64,000 nucleotides of DNA from the human T2T-CHM13v2.0 reference genome, Homo sapiens. The stretch is taken from assembly GCF_009914755.1 (NCBI RefSeq), contig NC_060931.1. The stretch is one strand, 5' to 3'. Below are positions 40,793 to 56,881 of this stretch, in pieces. Every line of letters starts with the position of its first letter. Positions within the stretch are counted from its first letter, which is position 1. The translations under genes were made by a program, and so were the position numbers. The notes beneath the pieces were generated by a model, which worked only from the letters and a program-made list of their open reading frames with translations, was not told where the DNA came from and did no database searches.

Positions 40793-41760
40793 TATGTGGG
40801 CCCACCAAATAAGGGGTAGGAAAGAAACAGAGAAAGGGATATTATCCCTGGGCAAATTTCATAAGTGCTATCTTTCCACTTCCTTCTAAACTTTGGGCTT
40901 CATTTATGCTAGCCTATTTGCAGTTATTTTAATAGTTATGTTCTCTTTTTAGATGTGTGTGCAGTTTACTCTGCCTGGAATATATTTCCTACTTACTTAC
41001 TTTGTTATTTATGTTCATTCTTCAAATTTCAGTTCAAACATGATCTTCTCTTGGAAAGTTGTTTAAAATCTCATCCACTGTCGTCTCAAGGACATGGAGT
41101 GTGTCTCTTTTACAGCCCTTGTACTTTATATGTAACTGTCTGGGTAACTGCATATTTCTGCTGCCCCCCAGTTGTTTGGCTATTTGATACGAGTTACCAC
41201 ATGGTATTTCTATTGGTATCCCAAAGACTATACTAAATTTGCATACGAAAAAGTTATGAGTTATTATTTAAACACAGAAATTAATAGACCATAGAATGAA
41301 TAAATCAGCAAATATGTGTATCTGCCAGATACGTATTTCCTAGAAAATCACTTCTGCTATTACAGATGTGTAGTTGTGCCTTAGGAAATAATAATTATCT
41401 GTGAAAGGTGCTTGAGACATAGAGAATTATTTTTAATCCTACCTTAAAATAACATGGCACACATTTATTAGAATAATGCCTCTGGTTAGTTATAGGGTGC
41501 AAATGGAGTAATCACTGGTCAGCAGCATGAAGATCCTTTATCCATATACTAACGATCCATGATTTTCATGGAAGCGATTAATTGCCTTGATGGTAGTTAG
41601 TTTGTCAGGGTACTATTTAAGGTTACAGCTGTCATGTAAAGCACACAGTTCTTCCTAATGTATCAAGGGTGATTTCAAAGAATAGATGACACTTGAGGGA
41701 GTCTTTGAAAAAATGTTGGAATGAACAGATAACAAGAGGGGGATTTTGGAAAACAGCCTT

Positions 41761-42215
41761 TGAAACCAACCTGATTGTCCCACAGACAGTTTTTTTTTTT
41801 ATAACTGTAGAAATTAAGCCTTATAGTCTTAAAGCCTGAAACTTATATTTGTTTTATCTGCGTTCCTTCCTCAGGAAAAGACCTTCAGGCCTCTCAAAAA
41901 AAGTATCAAAGAATGGAAACTCACCAGATCGCCACATCCCATCCAAACAATGAGATCAAGACCCTTCATTCATTATGATTGCTTGCTTCTCCCTCCTTAG
42001 TTCCTGTTTCCTTGCACATTGTTACATTTCTTCCCTGTTATATAAACCCCTAGTTTTAGTCTATCAGGAAGATGGATTTAAGACTGAGCTCCCATCTCTT
42101 TGGCTGCAGCACCTGATTAAAGCCTACTTCCGTGGCAGTATTCAGCATCTCAGTCATTGGCTTTCTGTGTAACCAGCAGCAGGACCTAGACCAAACCCCT
42201 GGTGTTTCAGTAACA
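41761..42215 (+). mobile_element. LOR1-like (MER4-group ERV1) solo LTR
   Basis: TGAAACCAACC...tataaacccc...attaaagcc...GGTGTTTCAGTAACA; ctt on both flanks as a possible short TSD. Confidence 0.85.
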
Positions 42216-43375
42216 CTTTCAAGGAGGGAAAGTAGAACTGATGGTATAGAAATACCCGAAGAGTTAAGGGATGGAGCAGGTCAGGGGTGATATTGCCACA
42301 GAAACATAACATGCATGATAGTGAGTGTTGAGACCTTATATTGGCAAGGAGACAGAAACAGAAGCAGGAGACTAAATTTTGAAGTCCATTCGTGGTGCAA
42401 GGTGAGGAAGACTTTTTTACTGTCCTTTGCCTACAATCGACAGTCATTGAGATTTTACTACAAGCTGGAGATAAGGTTAAGACTGTTAAACTATTGCCTC
42501 ATTTAATCTCCTCGTGAGTCATACAAGGCCCATTTTACTTTTATGCGTGCTTCACAGATGAGAAAACTGAGGTTTGGCCACAAGAAGTAGCTTCCTCTAT
42601 GTCTAACTGCTAGTATATGTCAGAGTCAGAATTTGAAGCCATTGCTCTTGATTAGGACATTCTACATCTACATTTCCTAGTCTGGCTGATTGATACTCTA
42701 TTTTCTGGGGTCAGGAGGCACTGTTGTTCAATTTGGACAATTGACTTATATTCATGTTTAGTGAGACTCATATATATCACACACCAAAATCCAGATAGTC
42801 ACACTGACCCATTGCTTCTTCATCTGCAAGGATTTTTACTTTATTTTCTGTAGAACCAAGTTTTACCTGATCTGTGAGGCCCTCCTTGGGTCCTGCTCTC
42901 TCAAGAGGTCTTCTCTGACCACTTGATTATTTTCTTGTTGAGTGTATGGCAGGAACAATGGTCACTAGGCTTAGTGAGTATGGAGTCTTTAAATTCAATT
43001 TTTTTGGCCAGAGATATGCTTTGGAGAAAGCCACATATATCTAAATTGCAGACAGAACTGCAGCCAGGTATGTGCTGTGAAGTACACAACCAAGACCACA
43101 GTCTCCGGTGTCTATAGGGTTCTCCTGTGTCTTGGACCCACATGACTATTCTCGTTTATTCCTTCCATTGTTACTATTAGCCTCTTAGTTTCTGTTATCA
43201 TTGATTCTCCTTTCATCATCTTGCCTTCCTAGTTATTCTCAAAATAATAAAATAAACCTATCTGTGTTTAGAATGAATGCTGATGTTTAGTGTGTCAGCT
43301 ATGCTGATGTTGATGTTGATAAATACATTTTATGTTGTAAGCAGGAATTTTCTTGAACAATATTTCTGTCATCTC

Positions 43376-43555
43376 AGGCATTTTATTTTGCCCAGTCTGT
43401 TCATCAGTAGAAACAGGTATTTATAGCCTGAGCAACATGGTAAAACCCCATCTCTACAAATATATATATATAAAATCCAGGTGTGGTGGCACATGCCTTC
43501 ACTCCCAGCTACTTCGGGGGCTAAGAGGGTAGGACTGCTTTAGCCTGAGAGGTCG
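43376..43555 (+). repeat. Left arm of ~180-bp inverted repeat (non-Alu flank plus Alu fragment)
   Basis: Reverse complement of 44301-44478; I count 3 substitutions and one TA-unit indel. Confidence 0.95.
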
Positions 43556-44199
43556 TATATGGTCGTATATCTTAGGAAGCATAAAATAAAAATTTTCCTG
43601 GATTAGATATACAATTATATTCATTAACTATGACAACTGAAAGATTCGATTACTAAGCATTTTTCCCTAAGAAGTAAAGTATTTTAATCAATAAGAATGT
43701 ATCTTCTCTACTCCTAATAAGTTTGTCTTGGAAAGAAATGAAGACAATTATATGAGAATATTCTTTTTGATGTAGTTTCTGTGGAAAGCATTGCTGATAT
43801 GACATTTATGAACACAAAAGCAGAAGAGTAAAACCATAAGAAGATACAAGACACATTAGAAACTGCTTGAAACTGAAATATGTGGCAGAGACTTGACTCT
43901 ACTTCTCAGTTTTCCTTTGAAGGCAGATTGGAACCTCATGAGAGCCAAGCCTACACTCCTACAACTATGTCTTCTAGACCAGTGACATTCACAGTGAAGA
44001 ACAACACTGAAAGAAGAAGTGTGCCTCACCATGGGACCAGCGGCTTAGTGAATGAGTCACAGAGAATATGTTCTTCATTGTTTACCATACCTTAATGCAT
44101 CTGTACAAAAAGGATTATTTTTAAGAATATGGGTATTATAGATACTTAATTTAGCTGTCCACATATTTGGATTAGGGACAGGCAGATGAAAAATATCTG

Positions 44200-44428
44200 T
44201 TTCTTTCTTCTTTCTTTTTTTTTAAAAAATTTCTGAGACAGAGTCTTGCTCTGTCACACAGGCTAGAGTGCAGTGGCATGATCACAGCTCACCGCGGTCT
44301 CGACCTCTCAGGCTACAGCAATCCTACCCCCTTAGCCCCCGAAGTAGCTGGGAGTGAAGGCATGTGCCACCACACCTGGATTTTATATATATATTTGTAG
44401 AGATGGGGTTTTACCATGTTGCTCAGGC
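44200..44428 (-). mobile_element. 5'-truncated old Alu (AluJ-like); overlaps the right arm of the inverted repeat (44301-44478)
   Basis: Poly-T, gagacagagtcttgctctgtcac...atcacagctcac...tttgtagagatggggttttaccatgttgctcaggct. Confidence 0.9.
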
Positions 44429-44616
44429 TATAAATACCTGTTTCTACTGATGAACAGACTGGGCAAAATAAAATGCCTAAAACAAAGTCAACTTTTCCAG
44501 GTAAAATATGCTCTGGAGAGACCAAGATGATGTCCTGTTAAGATAAATGGGCATTAGTTAGCTTAGGGAATTTTTTTTTCTATGAGGAGCCAACATTAGT
44601 GCATAAGATAGGCTTT

Positions 44617-44812
44617 GCTGGCATGGTGGTGCATGCCTAAAGTCACAGCTACTCAGAAGGCTAAGACGGAAGAATTACTTTGAGCCCAGGAGTTCAAGGC
44701 TGTAATGTAATATAATCATGTCTGTAAATAGCCACTGCACTCCAGCCTGGGCAACGTAGTGAGACTCCCATCTCTAAATTCAAAAAAAAAAAAAAGAAGC
44801 AGAAAAAAGAAA
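44617..44812 (+). mobile_element. Alu monomer (FAM/FRAM/AluJ-like)
   Basis: gctggcatggtggtgcatgcc...tttgagcccaggagttcaaggctg...cactgcactccagcctgggcaac, A tail. Confidence 0.85.
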
Positions 44813-47800
44813 GAGCTTTGCTGCTTAGGACTAGATTTTCTCACAGTGACCCAGAGAAAGAATTCTAGGAAAACTGTGGTTTTTCTGTAATATATTAGGA
44901 GGTTTGTATTTCAAAGTCTTGATTGTACCTTTAATTTACTGAGATGCAGATAAATCTTTCCTGTTCTCATCAATTTGGGATCACCTAGAACAAGCTGTGA
45001 ACAGTCCTTCATGAAACATTTTATTCTACATGCAGCAGAGCTTTTAGAGTACCCAATGGCTGATGCCACATGCCGTAATACATCCAGGGGAAATACAGGA
45101 AGAATTGATTGTTAGGTGGAATCATGTCACCAAACATGACAAGATTGAGAGAAAAGCGTGAATTGGAAGTCTCTTCTCAACGGTTTTGTTGATAATGACC
45201 CTGGCTAGTTATTATGGTTTGGGATGACTTAAGGTAAAGAGAGAAAATTACTGATCTGGGAAAGCTTTGAGCGTGATATTCACCTGTTCATATGGGTCAG
45301 ATTGAACACATTCCTAAAATTGTTCTTCTCTATCCTGGTCTTGCACGGTCAAATACACATTGTGTTAGCAACAATCACTTCTTCTAAGAATTCCAGAAAT
45401 TTCTCATTGTTCTCTAAAATACTACGTAATTCTTCAGTTTTCAGGACTTACCATGCCAAAGAGAAGAATGTGATGCTGGAAGAGTGATGTTGTTAGGAGA
45501 AAATTATTGACATTCAATGAAACTCACTGAATGATGCATGTTTCTGAAGAATCCTTCCTGGACTTATTTGAGACCTATTTTCTCTACAAATCTCCCCTTA
45601 CATCTTAACCCAGTATCGCAACCATTTACTGAATGTCTGTTGTATTCCTGATACTGTATTTAGTACTTTATAAATATGATCTCATTTTATTTGCTCAATG
45701 ACTCATAGATGAATCAATGGAGATTGTATATACAGAGCGATGTGGATGAGAGCAACCTTCCTGAACTGAGCTGAGATGATCATGCTTGAGGAGTCATTTG
45801 ACACCCAAAACAAATGTGGTTCCTGCAACCACTCATTGAGGTGAGGCATCCATCTCCTCAACCACATGCTCTGAGGAAACAATCCTATACACATGAGTGG
45901 GCTGGGTCCATTTTGTTGTCCCCTTCACAACTCTTATTGAGAGGGTAAACTGAGTGAATGTTCATCTCTTATGCCTCACTATAAACTGTTTAATCTAAAC
46001 TAGAGACAACTTCATCAGGAAACAGAAATGGTTGACTGCAAGGTCTATGTTTAGCATTCTACATTAGTTATTCAGAAAGAAAACTCATTCCTGCCCCTAG
46101 AGAGGATGGTGTGCTGAGAGAGCACAACTGTTCACACAGTGCTCTCAATCTGAGTTTCTGGAAGGCTCTATTCTTCATGTGACTCCACTAAAATATAGAT
46201 TGGTCCTGAGCCCAAGGATGGCCCAAACTGAAGAGTAAAATGGTAGGTGAGGAGGAGGTTTAGGGTGTTTCTAGCATGGCTTCTGTTCTTAAACATGCCA
46301 TCCTCTTCTCCTAGGTCATCAAGTCAACTTGTCACATCAGTTCTTACCTAAATAGTTTAAATCTATTATTTTTAGACCTTGTCTTAATTGGAGAGACACA
46401 AGAGCTCCAATCACTTCAATCCTAGCTAAGGTTTGAGATTACTAACACACAATCTTCACACATACTCATAGGCCCTATGTAATTTTTATTGTTCTCCATA
46501 TTTAAATCATAGCTCACATAGGAGGGAAATTCTTAACCACATCTCGTCTCTCTGCCTAACACCCAGGCAATATTAGCCTGCATTCAACTTGTGAAAATCT
46601 TTAAACTCTCACTCAGCTTTGGCTTGAGCATATTTCTTCCCCCAGGAGTACCTTTTCCCCACTCCTATGTGTTGATCTAAATCTTACTTTCCCTTCAGTT
46701 CTCATTGCAAGTGCCACTTCTTCCAGGTAGACACTCCTGGTGTTCTCAGGTCAAGTAGCTTTCAATGTGGTTTCCTTAGTACATACATCTAGATTCTGAA
46801 TCTATATCCTGATCACTATTTTTATATATGCAGAATTTATTTTGCACTAGAATTTGTTCCTTGATATCATGAATATGCTTCATCATACTTTTTATCCCCA
46901 GTCTGTATTTCAGGATAACTCAGTAAGCTTTGTTTGTTAATTTGTTTTCAATGATTTTATTTCTTTTTATTAAATTTGTTCATAAACATTATCTTAGTCA
47001 AAAGAATAATAAGTAAATATAAAAACAAAAACTACTAACCTATTTCTAATGTTTTCTTCTTAGAGCCTTAGGTGCCTTACATGTGTCTCACCCAATCTTC
47101 CTATTAGTCACAGAAAAATAGTTTCTAATGACCCCATTTTATAGATGATGAAACTGGGATACTTAAGCAACTCACCCGATATTTTTTATCAAGTAAGTAG
47201 TTGAGCAGGGATTTCCAACCAAACACCCACTAACTAATAATTGTTTGAAGCCAGCAGAGCTTACAGAAGATGAATTTTCATATCTTTCTTTGTAAATATA
47301 CAATTAATTATTGAGACATTAGAAGTGCTAGTGAATCAGTTGACAATTTTCTTCTTACATGAGTATTTTGCAATAAGAAAGAGTATACCACATGCAGTCT
47401 ATATTCAGATGCCAAGTTTTAGTTGTGCTTTCATCAGATGAATCAATTTTATATCTGTGTCCTGAATTAGCTGCGAATTCTTTGGTCAGTAATTAAATTG
47501 CATTTAATCAATTTAGGAGAGGAAAGCCATCTGTCAGGTGTGTGAACCTAATTAGCTACAGTGTTTTGAATGGACCAGCATATAATGGCAGTGATTTTAT
47601 TATCAAGAGTTACAATTCAAACATACAGAATTTTATTGTTACATTTTATGTGAATCACAACAGCTCATCAAAAGTCTATTCTGTAAAAATCTTCATACTT
47701 TGGCTTAACAAAGACTATTTTAAGGGAGATTGCATCTGAATGAAGACATATGTATTGAGGCTAGAATTTACAGAATGCCTCTTGGAAGCTAATGGCCAGT

Positions 47801-50259
47801 TCATCCAAATATGTTTATATTTGATACATATCTTGGTTATGTCACACACATTTTTTAGCACCCCTATAGTGGGTGCTGTGGTAGACACTACAGGATTCGA
47901 GAATGAACAAGACACTGTCACTCCATGCAACATTTTATACTATAGTTGAGGAGGTTATTGTAGGCATAATGCAAAAAAACCTAAAACTTCTTGAATTCAA
48001 TGTGTCAAACCATGGTCTAATAAATTCTTTGTAAATTGTCACAGCCTGCTTATAAATGGGTATTTTTTATTTCATCTGAAAACACTATAGTTGGTGAGGG
48101 CGGAGATTTCCTTATAAGAGGTATAGCCAGCAAGGTTAGTTTCCTAAATGAAATCAACGCCTTCTAAGTAATAGGAAAAATCCATTTAGATGGCACAAAA
48201 TTAAGAAGTTTATTTTAGTGCCTAAAAGTGTAAAGGTTTACAGAAACCATTAGAAAAGAAGCATGAAGAGAAGGAGTTCTCTAATGGGAATGTTTTTGCT
48301 TGTTTGTTTGTTGTTTTTTAATCACTGGAAAGAGGGTAAGTATGGTTCCAGGATTTTCACAGATCTTTTTTAATAGAAAGAAAAAGAATTATGTATACAA
48401 CTGGCACATAGATTATTACATCTGAAATTTTCAGGCTGAATTTTCTAATTTTAGGCAAATAGACTACTATGGAGATAGGAAACTCTACTCTAAAACCAAA
48501 AAAGAAAAAAGACTGGTTTGATATATAAGAACATGTGCAGGGGTGGGAATAAGATGGAGACATAGATGACAAGGTAATAATGCATCGGAAGAATAGGGAA
48601 CTCTGGCATTCATTATCCTCAAACGCTCATCTATGTACTGCTTTGCCTTCAGGGCAAATTACAAAATCCCATAGATGGCCTATACATTTTTTCATCTGTA
48701 GCCCCTGCCTCCTTCCCCAAAGGCTTGCTGCCTCTCAGCAATTCCAAATGTTCCAAATCTAAACAATAATTCATTTTCATTTGATGGACAACCCACTGCT
48801 CATTCATTCATAAGAATTATTAAGATACAGCGGAAAGCTCCTTTGAAAGTCTTTAGCAACTTATCATGAGAGCTGAAAGTATCCCCAAATTTGCTAATAT
48901 CACAATAATCCAGGTTACTTTCATGTATTATTTATCACAAAGATACAAAGTTTTTAGCGTTTCAAGAGTTACTGCCAGCCTTTGCAGTGCATGATATTCA
49001 AATTCATGCCTCAGCAAAAGTACATATTACAAGATGACATATTGGTTCATGAATAGACAAAACTTGGAATACTAAATCTGCAAATGTCAAGGTTCTACTC
49101 TATTACAAATGTCAACAACTGAGCATAATTTCAAGTAACTACTTTTCTTGAAACTTAAAGTCAATGCTGATACCTTCCATATTGTGAAGAATAGGCAGTC
49201 AACAAGAATGGCACTTGTCTATGTTGATGGTATCCAACTACATCACATTGGAGCTAAAATGTGTGGACCCACTTTGTGAAGTTATGGCTTTCCTTTTCAA
49301 AATAAGAATTTCATTAATAAGAAATGTAGCACTTCTAAAATTTTGACCAAAGAAAAAGGTTCTTTCAACAATTACAAATGCAACAATGGGGAAAAATTTG
49401 AGAGACAAAGTGCATAGATTGAGTTAGAGAATGCAGGGAAGAGGATCTTGAGTATTTACAGAAAATAGGGTTGAAGTGACCATGGCTTATTTTTCACTGG
49501 TGGATGGCTACTTTGGGCTGAGGTAGCAAAACATATGCATGGATACCATTCTTCACTTTCCCAAATAATTCTGTTACTCCAGGTTCTTTTTTCATCAAAG
49601 AAATTGTTAGAATTACATAAGAAAACCTGAGCAAGCACAATGTTGTGTTCAAGTTTTCCATTTTTGCTTCATGATCTCACTTCTGGGGCTTCTGCAGGAC
49701 CTGTTTCCTACAGCTAACTTGCACACTATGTTCTCAGGGAGCAATAAAGGACTTCAACTGGGCCAATGAGAAGTCATTTATTCCTCAATCAGATGATTAA
49801 CATAATATATAGTCCAAGTTCTCAAATTCCATAACCCTTCAGCTATACTGTACTTGATTCAATTCTCCTTCTCTGATTTGAAGCATGTGTACACTTGTTG
49901 TCACCTATCAGTAAGGTCTTCTACAGCCCCTGTTCCTATTGCTTTCTCAAGAAGGGTCTCTTCTGAAATGAATCCACTAATGCCCTACATCTAAACTCTC
50001 CTCTTCTGAGTACATTTTCTGTGGCACTGATCTCCATTTTAGCAACGTCTCTTTGTTTTCAGCTGACCCCTCTTCTATCTTCAAGTTTTCAAGACCTCCA
50101 CTTTTGAAAGAAGCTTCCCATCCTTTCTTCCCACAATTCTAAGTTAATAAAATAAGAACACCACTAACATGCTTTATCTATCTCAATCCTCACATAACCT
50201 CACAAAGTGAGCTTTTATTAGCCCTATTACAAGATGCAGAATTCAAGCCATAAACATCA

Positions 50260-50350
50260 ATCTCTTTCTCTCTCTTCCCTATTTCCTCCCTCCCTCTCTC
50301 TCAATTTATCTCCCCTCCTTCCTTTCCTTCCTTCCATCTTACCTTCTTGT
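50260..50350 (+). repeat. CT-rich polypyrimidine low-complexity tract
   Basis: tctctttctctctcttccctatttcctccctccctctc...ccttcctttccttccttcc. Confidence 0.85.
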
Positions 50351-50966
50351 TTTGCATTATTTTTGTTGTCATGGACTTTTTCATAGTCTAGAGTCTAAAG
50401 TTAGAAGATTTGTTAACTCTACTAACTTTAGTTAGAAGCAGCAAGATAATATTAATGTAAGCAGGGTGAAAAGGGGAAGTTGTTTGGCTTAGAAAGCACA
50501 GTGTGTTAAGAAAAAAAGTAATGTTGAGTAGGGCAATAAAAATGAGAAATACAAGTTAAGAATATTTATATTGGTGTTGCAACTTTAGAATATCAACAAG
50601 GTGAGCTCCTCTGAGAACATAGCAGACTTAGATCCCCCAGACACTGTAAGTATGAGCAACTGTAATTCTTGTTACACACACATGACCATACCAAGAGGCA
50701 AATGTATGGGGCTCCAACTGTGCAGTAACTCACACAGTTTTGAAAGAATTCTGTTTTAACTCTTGCTTCTTCTGTAAGCTACATCCCTCAGGCAACATTG
50801 CTTTTGTTCTCTCTTTGGCCCTTTGCTCAGAAAACAAACAAACAAGCAAACCAAATAAAATAAGCATTTATGAAACATTAAAGTCACAGTCTTTTGTTAA
50901 CTCTTTCCATTCTAGTCCTTAAGAGGCATGGAAATTCACATATATTACTCTCAATTATTTGAGAGT

Positions 50967-51246
50967 AAATTTTTCTCCCATTCTATAGGTTGCCTGTTCA
51001 CTCTGATGATAGTTTCTTTTGCTGTGCAGAGCTCTTTAGTTTAATTAGATCCCATTTGTCTATTTTGGCTTTTGTTGCCACTGCTTTTGGTGTTTTAGTC
51101 ATGAAGTCCTTGCCCATGCCTATGTCCTGAATGGTATTGCCTAGGTTTTCTTCTAGGGTTTTTATGGTTTTAAGTCTGCAATTTAAGTCTTTAATCCATC
51201 TTGAATTAATTTTTGTATAAGGCATAAGGAAGGCATCCAGTTTCAG
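50967..51246 (-). mobile_element. Isolated L1PA ORF2 internal fragment
   Basis: Translates [14 protein letters not shown]...[28 protein letters not shown]...[12 protein letters not shown]; no 3'UTR or poly-A. Confidence 0.93.
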
Positions 51247-53365
51247 TAATGATTTTTGAAGGAGAGCAAGAAGCAAAGGAATCTACAGTGTGGACAACTT
51301 TGGAGCACTAACTAGTCCCTCATTGGAAGGATTTCTTATTTGCCAGGGAGGGAGAAGCGCTAGCTGAAGCCACTGCTGTTAGAAAGCCAAAAATCTTGCT
51401 AGACTTCAGTTGAGTTAGTGCAGACCAAGCGACTGAAAAAGGCTGGAGAAAATTACCAGGGCCATTTCCTCATGGAAGTGGCAAAAGTTGTGTCTTTCCT
51501 TACTTATTTCAAACTTAGTTTTTTATCACTCTCCTACATGGAAAGTTCACTTTCCTCAGAACCACCTTAATTTGGGGTCACTTACCAGAGATAACATCTG
51601 AATGATTCAGTTTTCCAGAAGATTTCTTTATAGTGCCAAACTCACTTAATAGATAAATCAACTTTCTGTTTGATTTAATAATTAGGTTATGAATATAATA
51701 AATAAGTAGGCATTTTGGTTTAATAACTTTCTGTCATTTAGAGAGTGTTTAACATGTTGCAGGAATTATATAGCATCTATATTTATACCATATTTGCATA
51801 ACATACAAATACACAAATTGGGTTTATATAACATACTATATATAACATCTATATAAGTATAATTGCATATCATTGTGCTAAAAGTCTTAAATATTATTAT
51901 CCCCATTGAGCACATATGAGAAATAAAACAGACTTAAATAATTGCTCAGGATTCTTTGCCATCACATTACACAGCTGGAAATCAAATGGCTGGCTGGCTG
52001 ATTTAGAATTAATATGTCTAATTATTCTATGTTACTCTCTCCTATGAAAATGAGTTGAATTGCTATATTCCCAACAGACTGGTATACATTTTAACATCAT
52101 CTTTATGTTGAACCACATAAATATTTTACCTACTTAAAAATATATATGTACAGAAAATAAAACTTGAACACAGACTAAAAAAAACTATATCAAATTGATA
52201 TGATAGTTACAAGGAGGAAAAATTGTTTCTGGTAATCTAGAACATAGCACTATATGCATGACAATTTAGTCAGTTACATACTAGGTTACAGAAGAACAGC
52301 CACATGAAATTACAGTATATCCAGCAGGCTTGTTATAGAGTTATTGGTGTCATTATTTGGAAATTATTTTTATAGTATAGAAGGAAGTAAATAAGTAACT
52401 ATATTAGTGTTATTTGTAAAGGAGAAAGAGCTACAAGTATACCACTAAAGAGCTAAGTCAAACTATCCCAGTGTTAAAGTTTAATTGGAATTATTATGAA
52501 TTTAAGTTTTTTAAATTATTTGTTTCCACCCACAGAAAAGGCCTAGAAGCTTCTGACACTCTGGTAGCCATGAGCATTCCAGAAGACCACATTTCATTTT
52601 CCAAACACATTTTTCCAATATGAAAAGCAAAAGCTTCTCAGAGACATCAATTCAAGTCTGGACAAGAAAAGTGTAAACTGGTGCTTAGCTGTCGTATTGT
52701 GCCACAGCACAAGGGAGCTCTGCTGTGTCCAGGCAAGGGTCTTCCTAGGTTCCTCTAGACATTCAGACTCACCGGGTTATGACAGGTCACATATGGACAA
52801 GTATGTTTGGTAGGATATAGGACAGAAATCACAGCTTGCCAACAGAGTGAATCAGATGTTCCTCTTTAATAGCAGTCCTGCAGGCACACATCAGACAGCT
52901 CTGGGACCAGAAGATATGACTGACACAGGAGGGTGAGAAAGTTACCCTGTTTTAGCTTCATTCACTATGGCAGCTGATATTTCCTGGAGCAGCCCCATAG
53001 ACATAATTTCCAGGGTCTCATGAGGAGACTGTCCCAAAAGTCATTGCATTCAGGAAAGACAAAAGATATGGCTTCCTATCATGTATTTATTATTCTTCCA
53101 GTCCAGACTCAATTTACTAATTAATGGTAATTTTTACTATAAGCATTGTTGCTTAGTAACTTTCCCTCTATCTGTTTCCAGGGAAACATAGCTAAGAGGT
53201 TAACTGAAGGTCAAATTTTTAGGCAGAGGGGAAAGAGTTTTGTTAAACATTTGCCAACAAAAGTATTCAAATACTATTTTAAAAAATAGAAAAAAGTGAT
53301 ATTTGCTACTATTGGAGACGGCTATTATTCCAACCCTTTAATCAGAAAGTTAATAATTAAAGGAG

Positions 53366-53642
<277 letters not shown>

Positions 53643-54189
53643 GGTGGCAAAATAGTGAATATAGAAGTATAAGAAGAAAATATTAGAATAGTATGATTTT
53701 GCCATCCTTAAGGAAATATTTGTTTAGGGTAAAGATAATCAATGGATGGTAAAGCCATCAGGTGAAGGAGGATGGGGAATTTCATATTTGCATGGTATAT
53801 CAATGCTATCACAGATTACTTGATATTCACAAGGAGCATACATTTCTTTACAGTGCAGGATTTTGCACATCTCTGTGACAACCCAGTGAGTGAAATACTG
53901 TCAGGTATTTTGTCCTTTGTGCTCAGGAAAGAAAAGTACTAGATGTTTGGTGTACCTGTAAAAAGAGACTAAATTCCTTCCTTCTCTACCTGTAGGAAGC
54001 ACATATTTCATACTCCTCAATGTTACATGTTTTACAACAGTAATCCCTCAGAAGTTAGGAGAGGATATCCTGTGGTTTCTCAGCAATGTGCATAATGAGG
54101 TGGGTCAATCAAATTTGGAATGCAATATGGACACAAAACTTGGGCAACATGTTACTACTCTCTTGGTAGAGTAGTAATACTTTCGGTAG

Positions 54190-54435
54190 AAACCTTCTAT
54201 TTGTCTCTTCAAACTAACTCCCCACCCTTCTTCATCCTGAACTGCATTAGTTTTATGAGTTGCATTAGTTGAATGGATTGCATTAACTGCACCTTAGTCC
54301 TCTGGATTCCAGTAGCATCGAGCCAATGGTAAGTTCTTACAGGAGATCAGAGAATGGCAACAAAATGAGATGAGGTATTTATTTGCCTAGAGCCTTCCCA
54401 GCAGCACTGCCTTGGGCTGACTTCCCCCTCTGTCA
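54190..54435 (-). mobile_element. Old ERVL LTR fragment (LTR33/LTR41-like)
   Basis: cctctggattccagtagcatcgagccaatgg...caggagatcagag...gaggtatttatt resembles antisense LTR33; tentative. Confidence 0.45.
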
Positions 54436-54947
54436 GACGTCCCTGGGATGTATGATACATGAGATTTCAGCCACATGAAACTTGCTGTTTTTGTATTGTT
54501 AAAGCTCATGTCTTATAAGTATTCTGATAAATTCTATTGTGTTTTTTCTTTAAAAAATAAATATATAGTATGTTTAAAATAATATATAATGCTATTGAAG
54601 ACATTTCTAAAGGAATAGAATATTTTCTGCCTAGGCATCAATGGAAACTGCATCATATGGTTACAATTGTACCAGTTTGATTTGATGGTGGGAAGAACTG
54701 TGAACAGAATAGTATTAAACCATTGAGATACTTGTTTGTGCTTTTCCCAAATCAGTAGACTATATTGTTAGATTATTGTTTAATTTTTTTAACCATAGAT
54801 AATCTTTTTTCACAGTTAAAAAGAAGAGAATAATAGAAGTTATGTTTATACTTTCTGCTGACAGTTTCTTTTTCTTTTTGAAGCACATCTTTTGTAATTC
54901 AATGTTATTTGAATTTTTTTTCAGTTTTAAAAGCAAAATTTGTTTGA

Positions 54948-55060
54948 TGTTGTAGAATCCATGGGAACTTGGCCTCCTGAAGGTTCACTGAAAATTCACT
55001 GACATGAGGCAGACTGATTAATAGAAATAGAAGAAAAGGCATAAAAATTTATTTAATGTG
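54948..55060 (-). mobile_element. MER39/MER34-family LTR, 3' piece (interrupted by L1)
   Basis: ctgaaggttcactgaaaattcactgacatgaggcagactgattaatag...gaaaaggcata...aatttatt. Confidence 0.65.
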
Positions 55061-55062
55061 TA

Positions 55063-56880
<1,818 letters not shown>

Positions 56881-56881
56881 A

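Noticed and set aside
47740-47949. 69-aa ATG ORF in non-Alu sequence
   Set aside because: No recognisable domain or splice context; the 3' half looks like decayed L2/MIR sequence.
50394-50431. Short inverted repeat ctaaagttag ... ctaactttag
   Set aside because: 10-bp arms only, with no supporting context.
52700-53140. GC-richer block that might be an old LTR or exon
   Set aside because: No diagnostic termini, ORF or splice pair that I can support.
54152-54177. 10-bp perfect hairpin ttactactct-N6-agagtagtaa
   Set aside because: Short AT-rich stem, not distinguishable from chance in 64 kb; not terminator- or miRNA-like.
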